A DNA stretch of 63,982 bases, filler included, from Intoshia linei (taxonomy: Eukaryota; Animalia; Orthonectida): the NCBI GenBank assembly GCA_001642005.1. It is 6 parts of 6 records of this genome, joined end to end, with 100 filler letters (N's around TTAATTAATTAA, not from the genome) between each part and the next. Parts side by side here need not be neighbours in the genome. Positions count along the whole stretch, not along the records: positions 26,792 to 43,617 come from LWCA01000839.1; positions 43,718 to 58,780 come from LWCA01000931.1; 4 more parts are not named here. One strand, 5' to 3'. The translations under genes were made by a program, and so were the position numbers. Positions 40,272-53,800 of the stretch are shown here, one piece after another. The stretch's first letter is position 1; the number at the start of each line of letters is the position of its first letter. The notes beneath the pieces are model-generated. The model worked only from the letters and a program-made list of their open reading frames with translations, was not told the DNA's origin and did not search any database.

Positions 40272-41759
40272 TCTATAAATAATTTATCAAATTAAACCGT
40301 ATTTTTCTTACTTTTAAAACTATATATCGAATTAACACGTGAATTTATTATCGTTAGGAAATTGATAAAGTTTGAATTCAAGTTACACCATTTTTAGTAA
40401 ACTTGTATTTAAATTGTTTTTTTTAATTATTGTTTTACTGTACTGTTACAGGCTGTAACTTATAGCTCTGTTTCGACAAAGCCACTCTTACAAGTCGAGT
40501 ATATTTAGAATGGCTCGAGACATTTTTAATATTATTTTACACACGATATTTTGACAATGTCAAATTTTTCACGCCTATTTGACAAAATCTCAAGTTTATT
40601 TTTCAATTTTGTAAGAATAGTCAATTTTTTAGTAAAGTATTATTCATTAAATTCAATTACATTATTACTGTCAATATTATATTAAAACTAGCTTTATTGT
40701 TATATACTTCGTAGAAACGGAATACAAGCTTTGCTGAGGGCGGACTTTTTTATTCCAATATAAAAATAAATTTAATAAGAAAATTTAACCTAAAAATATT
40801 ACAATTCAAAAAAAAAATGAAAATACATTAGTAGGTGTTTTACAATGCCTCTAATCAAATTAATCGAACACCCATCGTATCATCTATCACCTCAAAAAAT
40901 TATCATTTATATCCATTGGTTCGTGTTTCACAGAGTCAAAAAATTTCATAGATTTTCAATATAGTTTTGTATGTGTGTTAACAGGATACAACTGTACCAC
41001 CTGTAAATTTTTTTAAATTCTCAAACTTGTTTAATTTTCAAAAAAAAGGACAATTAGGGTTTTTGACCGTAAAATGACGTAAGATGTGAGTTTGGGAGGT
41101 TTACATTTATCTTATTATATGTCCCGGAAATAACTGTAATTGCAATGTGCACTTTATAAAATTCTGAGATGGGTAGTTATTTAAATAATACAATTTATTT
41201 ATATTATATTTAAATTGAATTAAATACAGCTATACTTAGGGGTGTGATCGAATTTTTATATCAAACGTGCACCCTTCCACCATATGAACATTTTGAAAAT
41301 ATTCAATCTCCACCCAATCTTAACTCTCAACTGTTAAAAAAAACCCTGGAGCATCGCCTCTAAAGTTTTGAACAATATATCGCTCACGGTAACTAATATA
41401 CGACAATTTTCTTAAAACTATTATTTTAAATATAAAAATTTTTATACAAATAGCTGTAAAGATGCGCAAAATTATCGTCTAGCGAATCATGAACGCCGAA
41501 TTGATAAAAAACCCGATTCCAATGAGAAAACTGAATAAATAGAAAAAAATATATGAATACTAAAATGATTTTTTGACCGTGAAGTCTTCACTTATTCAGA
41601 TTGAAATTTTTTGATTAAAAAGTAATTTGGGATTGTGATCGTGAAGATATAATTTTTTTAAATTTAAATTTATAATAATGTTTATGATTTTTAAATTTTC
41701 CAACTCGTTTCATTTTCAAAAAAATCAGACAATTGGGGTTTTTAACCCATAAGATGTGT

Positions 41760-42555
41760 TTGGTTTGACATTTTTTATCACAAGTCATAGGAAAAGCATC
41801 AAACATCAAAAACTGTTAAATAGAATTTTACATAATGAAATAACGGAGACAAAACCCAGCACTTTCGATTATGATGTAATTAAGGCATTTGTGAAATCAG
41901 ATATACCATTATTTAAGCTAAATTATCAATGCCTACGCAATTTGTTTAACAATATAGGACACCCACTGCCCTCAGAAACTAAAAGCAGAAAACTGGTTGA
42001 TATGTTATACGAAGAAGCTATTTTAAATCTAAAAAAAATGTACACGATAAATTGATTTTTTTAATTATTGATGAAACATGTCTAAACGATTTAAAAATTA
42101 TGAATGTATTGATTTGAATATTGGAGATTCCCCATATATGCTATATGGCTGATAGTGTAATATTGAAAAACTCAGCAAACAATTCAACGGTTGTGAATGC
42201 AGTTGAAACAGTTATGGACAACTTTCATATCCCAAAAGAAAATTTATTACTTTTAATATCTGATCGAGCTCCATATAATGTGAAAGCATTTTCTGTACTT
42301 CATGATATATACCCACATATTTTCATCATCACGTTTCTTGCACATTTGATACACAATTGTGCATTACATATAAAAGCTCACTTCGTACAAGTTGATCAAT
42401 TAATTTCATACGTTAAAGCTAGCATTGTTAAATGTAAAAAACGAGCAGAGTTGTTCCACGAAATCGGGATACCACCTCAACCAATAGTCACTCGTTGGGG
42501 TACGTGGTTGGAGGCCGCATTATATTATGCAAAAAATTATACAATTATAATTTAA
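41760..42555 (+). mobile_element. Decayed hAT-related (DUF659/CGGBP-like) transposase fragment
   Basis: AFVKSDIPLFKL..LPSE; IIDET; LLISDRAPY; LAHLIHN; PIVTRWGTWLEAALYY. Interrupted by stops; the 5' side abuts a dispersed-repeat insertion. Confidence 0.8.
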
Positions 42556-42625
42556 TTTTGTATTATAATATAGAATCAACTTAAATAAACTTTTGTTATT
42601 GTTTATCATTTGAATATATACACTA

Positions 42626-42788
42626 CTGTCTTTTCTCGATTATAAACAGAGCCCTGAAATACAAATTTTCAGTGAAATTTTTAACTAAATAAAATTTTAA
42701 TATATAAGCAGTTTCTGCTTGTTTTTGATAAGCATTTTTCCTTCTACTCTCGAATATAAGAAGACTTCTTATAATAGAGAAAAGACTG
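42626..42788. mobile_element. Tc1/pogo-type MITE
   Basis: ta|ctgtcttttctcgattataa ... ttataatagagaaaagactg|ta: ~20-bp imperfect TIR with TA flanks. Confidence 0.65.
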
Positions 42789-45700
42789 TAGAAGTTATAC
42801 TTTACTATTTTGTAATTTAGTTTAATGTAAATTGTAAATGTAAATCAAATTTAGTAAAATGTAATTTGTAAAAGTAAATGTCAAAAAAATAAAGTTATAT
42901 TTTGACAAAATTTGAAAAATGTCAAAAAAAAACTTGCCCTACTTCGCTACTCATTATAAATACTTTGTATACAAATACAAAATAACTACATGTAGTCGTA
43001 TTTCTTAAATATTAAACTAGGTCAGGAAAATTTTCCGGAGGTTCGCAAAATATTTTGTACTATTTTTGTATAAATTTTGATGATTCAATATTGCAGATGA
43101 GAATTGAATATTTGTTTAGTATAATTATCAAACTACCATTTATTTATATTACTTTGAAAGTCTGTGTATTCACGTTAATTAAAAAACTAAATTTCGCAGA
43201 ACTTTTAAAAGGCAAATTCTAAAATAGTTTTCTTTCAATTTATATAGGCCCATTCTTGTAACGCCCAAATGGTTAAATTCATAAATAAATAGATATAGAT
43301 GACAAAATAATATAATATATTGTCCAGAAATAGCCTTAAATTGTGTAGTGTGGTTACACACTAAAGTTCTCCTACAAAACTTATCTTCATTTTTATTTAA
43401 CATTTACATGTGTTAACTTATTTCTTTAAATTAAAAGTTTAACTATACGTTTATAAAATACTTCATTACAAATTGACAACTCAAAAAATTAGAAATATTT
43501 TAATTAGCATTAGTTTGGACAGAAACCAATTAAAATACTTAAATTTTAACATAGATGTGATTTATTCGAAATTCACAAAAAACACTTTTTAATGTTCACT
43601 TTTAGTTTATCGAAGATNNNNNNNNNNNNNNNNNNNNNNNNNNNNNNNNNNNNNNNNNNNNTTAATTAATTAANNNNNNNNNNNNNNNNNNNNNNNNNNN
43701 NNNNNNNNNNNNNNNNNAAGAAAATTTGATCAAATTTGAACAAAAATTAGCCTATTATTAATAAATAATACAAATAATTTTTTTGTTCAACTATTGATAA
43801 AACCAACCAAAAAATTTAATTTTGATATAATTTCATTTAGTTTAATATAATTAAAAATATACCATTATTTTATTTAATGGGGATAAAGATAGAAAAATTT
43901 TATCTAATGCGCAAAAATAATTATCTAAAATTTAGATAATTAACATTCCATTTAATGTGAACTGTAAAATTATACAATGTAAACAATCAATTTCATAATT
44001 TGAATGTAAACATAAGTATGAAGCATGATCTCGCGGGCCGTAGTTTGCCCACCACTGATCTAGGGCCCACAATCATGAAGTGCCTACTTTTTAAAGGAAA
44101 TTTTGAATAATTTCTTAAGGGCGCACTATCAAAAGATCGTAAAAAAATAAACTTCATAACTAAACTAAATATACTAAATTGAATTGGATAAAAAATATTC
44201 TCTGGTGTGTTCACCATATAATATTTTTATTTTTTTTGTAATATGGTTTGTAGGTATAATATCGTATTTTAATATTTCAGTTTTAACTTGGGTCTGTAGT
44301 CTAAATTAAATGAACTAGTTAAGGTAACGATGTTACGGCAAGTTAATGAATTATTTAATTTAAACTTAAACAAAATAAATACGATCTTTTGATTTACGAT
44401 CATGTGATTTACGATATTGTGAATGGACGCGTTTCCTAAGTATACCGAAATTTTGATAACCAATGCGATTTCCAACAGTTTTTAATTTTTAGTTAATGAA
44501 CGATCGATTAAGCAATGTATAGAGTTCCCATTTTTAAAAAAATGTTAATAAGGGACCTATAATTTCCATCTGGCTCGGTCTTAATACTGGCTCTTCATGG
44601 CCTACCCATACCTACCCATGAATATCTTAAATTTTATTTTGCGCGTTTTTGTTTGCCTGTTCCGGACTGTTGAGCGTATGGGATGTGGTCCACGGGTTTA
44701 GCCGTAGGGGTTGCAGGGATCTAATACAGACATTCAGTTTAATATCAGTTAGCATTATACATTTTTTATATATGTGTCAAAATGAGATTAGATTATCCAC
44801 AATGTAGATTCACGTAATGATTACTAAAATAAAATCATTATTTTCCACATTATACTCACTGTAAACGAGAATGATTCAAACAACTTGATACTTCGTCTTG
44901 AAGGGTAAAAGGTATTATGCGTAAAGCAAAACACATGTACATAAATTAAGATACAGAAATCGATGTATATCAGATTAGCATATGTCAATAAACGACGGTG
45001 TAAGAGAGTAAATACACTTTCATTGTTGAACTTAAACACATTAAAATCTGTCTAATTTCTAGATAATGATAATTTTAATGTTTACTAAACTTTCACCTGT
45101 GTATTGACACAACGAACACTATCTCACATTGTAAAGTTAGATGCCAATATGAAAAAAAAATTAATCAGCTGCGAATAATTGATTCTTATGTATATTATTA
45201 AATGTAATCAATAATACCAAGCTCGAACCTCCCGAAAATAAAAATAGGCCCCTTAAAAAATTTTCACATACGTTGCGCATTGCGCATCATATAACCTTAA
45301 GCTACATCATTCACCTGCCATGTTAAATTTATTTAACATAATAGTTATGATTCAAGACTATAATTTAAATTTTCAAAAAAATAAAAAAAAAGAATTGAAG
45401 ATTTGTGACTAGGACCAAACGTATTGAGTTATAATAAAAAGATTACGACAAGACATGCTGAAGTAAATAATTGACAAATTACAGAACTGGAGAAATGTAA
45501 ATAAAAAACTGTTTTTAATAGTAAAATGTATGTCTATAATATATTTCTCAACTTTTTTATTTATCAACAAAGTTTCCCAAATGCCACATCGCGTAAGAAG
45601 TTTATCTTAACCACTTTAGTAACTTTAATTGCAATAGTTATATATTGATTATTATATTATACAAGTAATAAATAAAATTAAATAGATAGTATCACTATTT

Positions 45701-46149
45701 ATTTGAAATTTTTTGTCAATGTTCAATGAACATTGTTCATTATGTTAGTTGCAACTTATTTGTTCTTGCTATTTCTTACGAAGCCTTGTAAGAAATTTTG
45801 TAAAGTACATTAATAATTAAAAATAATAATAAGTAATTAATAATCACACAAAACATTGATTCAATTTTAATCTTATTGCACCTCAGTTATTAATGTCAAG
45901 TCGACTATTTCCTTGTGAAAATGTCATTAACCCATATAATCCCAGTGGACCATATGGTCACACAACATTACAATTATAAAAACACGTATCAAATTAAACA
46001 AAGTTAATTAAATATGAAAAATTAAATTAATTAGTATATTATATAACATTCGAGTATATTAGTTATGAGTTTTCACCAATTAGCCTCCTGTGTTACTGAC
46101 AGTGGGCCAAAATGATTTTTCAAAGTTAAATAAAAAATTCACTGAAAAA

Positions 46150-46650
46150 ATTTTTTACTATATTTTCATGGTGGTTTTAGTGAAATTTTTTGTACCAAAT
46201 TTTAAAGAACGTTTTTACGGGATTTTTTTAACCATATTTTGAAGGGAGTTTTTACGAAATTATTTTAATTATATTTTGAAGAGAGTTCTTTACGGGATTT
46301 TTTTAAATCATATTTTGAAGGGAGTTTTTAGGAAAATTTTTTTTACTTTATTTTCAAGAGTGTTTTAAGGAAAAATTTTTTACTATATTATTATGGTGGT
46401 TTTAGTGAAAATTTTTGTACCAAATTTTAAAGAACGTTTTTAGGGAAACTTTTCCTACTATATTATCAAGGTGGTTTTTAGGTAATTTTTTTTAAATAAC
46501 GGTATTAAACATTCGATTGGTATCAATTGTCTATTTGTTGTAACAAATTTTAAATTGGGTTTTTAGAGAAAATTTTTTGTATCTTTATATTTTTATAATA
46601 CTTATAATTTTTATATTTTAAAGAAGATTTTCGGGGGGTTTTATTGTACA
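46150..46650. repeat. Degenerate ~33-35 bp tandem repeat
   Basis: Recurring atattttgaagggagtttttacg / ggtggttttag units. Confidence 0.65.
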
Positions 46651-47470
46651 CAAATTTTTAATGTTTTAATGTCATAATGGTCCTAGAAATTAAAAATAAA
46701 AAATTTCTTTACACCTTTGGGAACCCTTCCTTTAAAAGATTGATAATTGTGACTAGTGAAATTTTTATTTAAGATTATATATTTTTGTTAGAATTAGAAA
46801 AGCCGCCCTCTACAGAGCTAGGTGCTGTTTGTACAAAGTATAAAACAGCTAAGCTAGTACTTTATAATCATTCATTATAATCAATAATTTTTATTTTTTT
46901 CGGTAGAAATATAATATTTATGCATATTTTTAGTGGACTAACGGTTGAGAAGCCTTGATTTAAACTGCAATACATTTATTGGCAGCATTTTCAATGAAGA
47001 TGTTTTTGTTTCTTCAAATTAAAAAGTGAGTCAAAAGAAGGCATATCAATTATGCGGTCAATTTATAATATAATATTTTATTTTCATAACAAAATTTTTT
47101 ACAAATATTTCTTTTTTTATTGTTTTTTATATATTTTTCATGATTACAATTTTAACATAAGTTAATTCATTTATTCCTTTATTATTGTTTTTTATTTGAT
47201 TTTATTAATTAATTAAAACAATATTCTAATAATAGTTGAGTAAACATTTTTTTCACAATTGGCTCGGCAAGAAAATTGAATCCGGCACCTCCACAGGGGA
47301 AGAGATAAGAGGAAAAAAGAACGAGAAGGCAGAACACACCTAAGGATATGAAAACCGTCTCCACCAGTTTGTGGTGATGAAAAAATTGCTGGAATGGTTT
47401 GTCAATGATGATGCTAGTAGTCTCAACTTAATGCAAGATTAGTGCTCATAATTATATCTAAAAAAATTAC

Positions 47471-47785
47471 ATCAGTGCATAATTTTTCTTTGTCAGCCAC
47501 TTTAAGTTGTACATCGCTTAATTGTGTTTCTACGTTGTCTAATGAACTTTCCAACTGTGAAATTTTTTTTTGTAGTTCAAGAATAGATTCTTCTTGCTAT
47601 ACATTTCAATATATATTAAATTATACAACTAAATAGTAGATTCAATTTTAACTAACCAGATCATATTTTTGTTTGCATTCACCCAATTCTCTGTCCAAAT
47701 TTTCAGATTTATCTACAGCAGTTTCCTTTTCAGCCTTCATGGCTTGCATCTTCTTTTTTATTGCATCCATTGTACTTTCAACCAT
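47471..47785 (-). CDS. TPM: Tropomyosin, first two exons only
   Basis: (MVEST)MDAIKKKMQAMKAEKETAVDKSE.. | QEESILELQKKISQLESSLDNVETQL..KEKLCTD, followed by a GT donor. Canonical invertebrate tropomyosin N-terminus (ATG 47770). Downstream exons not found before the gap. Confidence 0.9.
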
Positions 47786-49010
47786 CTTTAAATTTATTTT
47801 TAAATGTATGAAATTTTACTTTATTTGCAATATACTTTAATAAGTATCAATTTCTGTTGGTCCAATTTTAAACAAGCAAGCTAAAAGGTAAACATCACAT
47901 TTAGTTTAATTTACAATTTTTACATTTAATATATCAAATTCCAACTATCCATATGACCTTGATTAAATTATTTAATGCTAGGTTACATTATGTGGGTAGC
48001 AGAGATGCCGATGTTAATTTTGATTCAGAAATGTCTAATTAAAACCATGAAGATTCTTATTTCAAGACTGCAATATTTATGACAGTAAGCCGATTTTTTT
48101 CATTTTACTCTTTGAAACGGTTAAAACCTACAGCAGTCCATCAAAAATTATTATTTCTGCCGTTTTATTATTAACACCCTTTATAAAAACAAAATTAATT
48201 TCTGGAGACAGTTCACCTTTGAACATAGTTTTGAAAACAGAGCCGAACCTACCTACACAAAGCGCGAGTTTACCATAAAAATTAAATATAGCCCTTAAAA
48301 TATAAACAATTTTAAATGCTTAATTTGAAAAGTGAGGCCATATTTTACAAAAATTTCGTTGAACCCACCTCCCGAACAGGACATCGGTTAAGATAGGTTA
48401 AGATTTAATTGAAGGTATGACGACCGAAGAATTTTAAAAAATTAAACATTTTATAATTTTACTTCAATGTGATGTTTTTCAATTAAGATGATTTTGTCTG
48501 AATTTTTTTTTGTTTTTCATCAACTAAAAACCAACTTAATCATAGTTTCAAATTAAGATATCAATTTTGATTTATTCATCAGAGTAAACTTCTATATTAT
48601 ACCAGTGGCCAACCTACCGTACCCTTAAGACCCCTCTTGGGGCCTCGGCGAATATCATTATATCCTTGAATATCATTTATTTTCTGTGTTAAATTTACAA
48701 TGTCAAGTTAAGAAGCTTAGAGAAGTGGGTAGGGGCTATATATGACACTATGCATGGTTTGTAAAAATTTTTATTGGGGCCTATTTTTGGATTTCGGATG
48801 GTCTCGAGCTGAGTAGGTTCGGCTCTGCATTGTACAATATAACAAAAAGATTACGAAAAAAAATTAAAATAATATTGACATCACTACTAAACAACAAAAG
48901 CATTGCGTTTAATTCTGTGAAACATCAAACATTTTGTTGACATTAAATAAATAAATTAAAATTTAACTCAAACCATAGAAGCAAATGAAAATTTAATTTG
49001 ATATTATGAA

Positions 49011-50619
49011 ATGTTATATTTGGAGGATTTCATAGAAAGTACTAAATTTAATTATAGACACCCTGAAACATTTAATTTAATTTTAATAGTAATCGACAAC
49101 CTTCCAGCAGATTTGCGTGACAGATTTACAGAAATTCGCGAATTGGATTTGAAACAAAACAGTGAGTAAATTTAAGCAATTTGTTTAGTTTTCTTAGAAT
49201 TAAACGATGAGGCCAGACGGGGTATGATTGAATTTTTTAATAAAATCAAATCCAACAAAAATTTTTTCGGTAATCGAGATTCTGAATATAAAAAACGTCG
49301 AAAGGTTTAACCGAACTATTTATTTCATTTATATTCAAATTTTTTCAGAAATTTGATACTGTCATCTCTGTAGCTGAAAAAAAAGTTGTTTTATCAAACG
49401 AAGTTTATGAATTTGTATAATTTTCCTTTATACCGTACAATGAAACTTTAGCTTGGTCGATACATTAGCAAACTGGATCAAGATATTGAACATTTTAGAT
49501 TAGACTTGGAACAAAGCAAACCTGGAATAATTGCAATTGTTGAGAAAAGTATTATTCTTGAAACGGTTTATATATTCTTATAGGATTACAACAACAAGAA
49601 AATAGAAGATTGACTGGAAATGTGTTGACTAAAAGTACATTCAATTATACATTTTTAAATGTATTTTTTTCAATCTCAGTTTAGATTTTGTAAATAAAAA
49701 GAAAAAAGATCGGCATAAATCATTTGATAATGGTAACAGTCGATCACGTAGAGAAGTAAACACTGAAAATGGAAACCATAAAAATAGAAGATTTACACTT
49801 AGTAATGTAGAACCGTCTAAGCAAGAAGCTGAAAAAAATGAAAAACCTACCAAACCAATCAATAATGATCAAGACAATGAAAAATCTTTACTTAGAAAGC
49901 AAATAATGAGTTTTATTTTATCAATTAATATATATTATTTTAGAAAGATTAAGTGAAAATAATATGACTATAAACAAAAATATGCTTGATTCTTTACTCG
50001 TTAATGTCAAAATTAATAAAAATAAACCAACTGAAAATGTAGATCGTATTTTAGAGGATGCTGCGTCAAAGGCAATGATTAAAACTTTAAACGTAATTAT
50101 TTTTTAAATTTCAAAACTTTATAAAAAAATAGTCAACACAGTATCGTCGATCTAGAAATGATTCACCTCAAAAATTTGATCAAACGTTAACGAATGCAGA
50201 TACTATGAAATTACGATCGAGGTATTTTTATAATTTCTACTATATCTATCCACTATATTGCATATTATTTCTAGAAATTCGCTAAATTTGAATAGACCCA
50301 AAAATTTTTCTTATATTCAAGATGACGAAGACGATGAACTTGTTCAAACTGATCAAAAAATTACATATACAGAAACAATTTTTGAAAATGGAAAAAAATC
50401 TACTCAAGAAATTGTAACCAGTAACACGGAACCACATTACTGTTTTTGTAACAAAATTAATATTGGGGAAATGGTTGGTTGTGATAATCCTGAGGTAATT
50501 AATGCATAATTTTTATTAATTTTATTTCATAGTGCAAAGTTGAATGGTTTCATTATGCTTGTGTTGGACTGACTGGAGCACCAGAGGGTGCATGGTATTG
50601 TTTTAACTGCAAAAAGTAG
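49011..50619 (+). CDS. ING3: Inhibitor of growth protein 3 (ING domain plus PHD finger)
   Basis: MLYLEDFIE|IIDNLPADLRDRFTEIRELDL (ING3-type N-terminus); AEKKVVLS; KLDQDIEHFRLDLE; PHD finger EPHYCFCN..GEMVGCDNPE|CKVEWFHYACVGL..WYCFNCKK; stop TAG at 50617-50619. Confidence 0.9.
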
Positions 50620-50809
50620 TTTATATTATTTATTTTTGTATAAATTGTATTTTTATTAAACATTAAAATGATACCATGTTTTTACTGCATTTTTGGTGTT
50701 GTGTGGGATGCATTAGTTAGAATTGTGAGAATTTTACCAAAATGCATATTTTTAGATAAATCTATTTATTAGTAATCACTTACAAATTTTTTCATTTCTA
50801 ATTATTTAA

Positions 50810-53800
50810 AAAAACTTTTTAAATCCGTTAGTGCTTTCCTCCAGCTCGTACTTTTTTATTTGGTGACTAATCTAAATTTAAAAAATAAAAAATATTCAAA
50901 TCATTCTATTAATGTTTTGAAATTACCGAAAATGCATTTTTTGATTTGTTTTTACACTAAAAATGTATAATTTGTAATTATTTTACAAAATTTACCATAT
51001 TAGAATTTAAATATTCTGATTTATCTAAATCATAATTTATAATGTGCAAAATAAATTTAAAAATGGTTTATTTCTATTTTATGTTAAAAATTGTGTAAAA
51101 GTAATTTGGTAAATTTTTTTTAATTAAAAAGCTTTTCTAAGGTATATTATGAACTCTATGTATTTTTTATCTTAATAGTGTAACCTCGGTTTTATTTTGT
51201 GGTATGTAAAATTAAATGGGAGCCTGAGTCACCTCAATCAAGCAGAGTCGACAGTTGCATATATGTTTTATAAAAAATAATATAAAACGAAATTATCAGT
51301 ATCCATTGTATACATTTTGGATAATAAATAATTATTATAATACATATATTGTACCATCAAATTTGAAAATTGAATTGGATGTATCATTTAATTTTTGCAG
51401 CAAGAGATCATCCATTGTATCTAAAGTGAATTTCCAATAATAGTTTGGTTAACTTAAATACATACAACTACTTTTGTAAATTTAAAATCTTACCATCAAA
51501 ACTATTGCATTTTACACCCATCTAAAGTGAATTTTATAAAAAATTAAAAATTCAGACATACATTGAAATCTATTGGTTTGTCGTTCATGTTTGGTTCAAT
51601 GTTATTAATAAAACATTTGTCAATGTTGAAACTGTTTTCAGATATTTGACTCAATGATATATTCTGTATTTCACGTTTAAAGGGCTCGATGTTTATGCCA
51701 GTTTTAAACATGCCCACATTTTTATTTGAATCTTGTTTTAAACCTAAATTGTAAGATTTTATGTGTAGCAGGAGTCGTTAAGAATTTTTGGTCATGGAAA
51801 ACTTGCAAAATATTAATTTAAAATGTAGTAAAGTTTATAATATTTTTGAGGTCCCCATTATCCTTCAAAAATCGCAAAATTTTTCATAGATCTAGCCCTC
51901 TGCATGACCGCTTAGGATACCCTGATGCAAGCTTTTAAATGAATAGTATCTTTTATTACCTCTTTTTATATCCAAATTTGATTCTTTGCGTACTGGCTCA
52001 TAACTTTCAATGTCATTGATTTCTTCCGATTTTTTTCTCTAAAATATTAATGCAACCAAAATATTTTTATCAGTAAAATATAAGTTAATGAAATTTATTA
52101 ATTTTCAATATTAATGGGCTACTTTAATAGTAACGAAGGTATAGATGATTTTGTTGGATTTTGTAACTATGATATGCACACACAAAAATGTTTGTAGTAT
52201 GAAAAAAATCCAAGACCGATGCAACTATGAGGTGCTCTGATATTGACTAATCAATAAAATGGACAAAAATTAAAAAAAAATGGTTTGAATAAAAAAAATT
52301 TTTGTTGATTAATAAAATATAAATTACTTTAAAATTGTTCGATTCAACAATAATTTCATCCTTTCTGTTTAGTTCAACTATGGATTTATCATTTTCACCG
52401 TCGGATATTGTTGTGTCCAGTGAACTAAAATTAAAAAAAATATAATAAAAAAAATGGATTTAAAACTTGTCTATATCAGCCACAGTAGTATCAAAACTAG
52501 CATCAAGTGATATTCCTTTAATACTTTTGCTAAAAATCGTTTAATATGAACATTTATATTATAATACTGAAATGTTTCCCAAATTTCGTTCAATTCAAGG
52601 TGAGCCTAATAAAAAAATATTTATTTGGTTATATGGTAATTATATTTTAAAATAAAAACATCATATTCTTCTTTGATACATTTAATTTCACTTTCAGCTT
52701 TTTTACAATTATCCATTAGTTGAAAATATTTAACTTTTATTGTTGCACTATTATTTTAATTTACAATTTGTTAATAATAAGTAAAGGTTTGATAAAATTA
52801 CAGTTGAACGATAAAATCATTTAAACTTTTAAATTGAGATGTTTGTGCTAATTTCATAAATTGAAATATAATTTTTTAAAAATTTACCCAATTCCAACAC
52901 ACTCCATTCATTTTCAACTTTTACTATTTCATTTGCAACTTTTTCATTTAGCATTTTTAAATTATCAATTTCTAATTTTAATGTTTTTTCCTCTTGGCTG
53001 GTAAATGTATCAATAAATCTGTTTTTATATTCAACACATAATTTTTCGCTAGGTTTTATGTATTGTTCCAAAGTATTTCTGAATAAAAAATTATTTTTAA
53101 ATTTTGTCAAAATCGTCATTTTAATTTGTGTACAGATTTTGATATATAATTTAAATAAAAACTTGCCCATTTTTGAAATCACATTTTTGGGGTTTTTCAT
53201 AATTTGGTAAAGTTACATTATGCATACTAAATAAATAGATGGAATGTCAATTATTTAAAATATTTCAGTTTTTATTATTTTATGCGTTTTAGTTTTGTAA
53301 ATAACCTATTTAGAATATCATCCAATATATTTACTACATTTGATTTATTGTTTAATAAACTTTCCTTTGCAACATATGTAGATTCCATCGATTCGTAATT
53401 ATTGTTTAATTTTTCATTTAAAACTTCATATACTAAATACATGTAATATATTTTACACATTTAAGAGGATAATACGAAGACCACTATATAATATACTTTT
53501 AGAAAAAAACCACTGCCCATAGACCAGTGGTTCCCAAACTTTATCCACCATAGACCACTTGTCACAAAAAAAATGTGTGTGGGCCGTATAATTTTTAAAA
53601 AAATCCCCTTAATCCTGAACACGCCACTAAGATAATATTTACATATTTTTATTATATATTCCTCCTTAATTTAACAATTTAATTTAATCGAAAATGTAAC
53701 ATTAGTTTTGACATGGTAGCTCCATGGCGTAATTAAAAAAATTATTAATTTCAAACATAATTATAGTGAACGATCAATGCCGAACCTACCGTATTTGACA

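Noticed and set aside
44640-44720. GC-rich patch as a tRNA or snRNA
   Set aside because: No cloverleaf, A/B boxes or recognisable snRNA motif. An Rfam scan would be needed.
44269-45039. Possible small minus-strand exons between the gap and tropomyosin
   Set aside because: Some open frames and one gtgagt donor, but no consistent gene model or recognisable motif.
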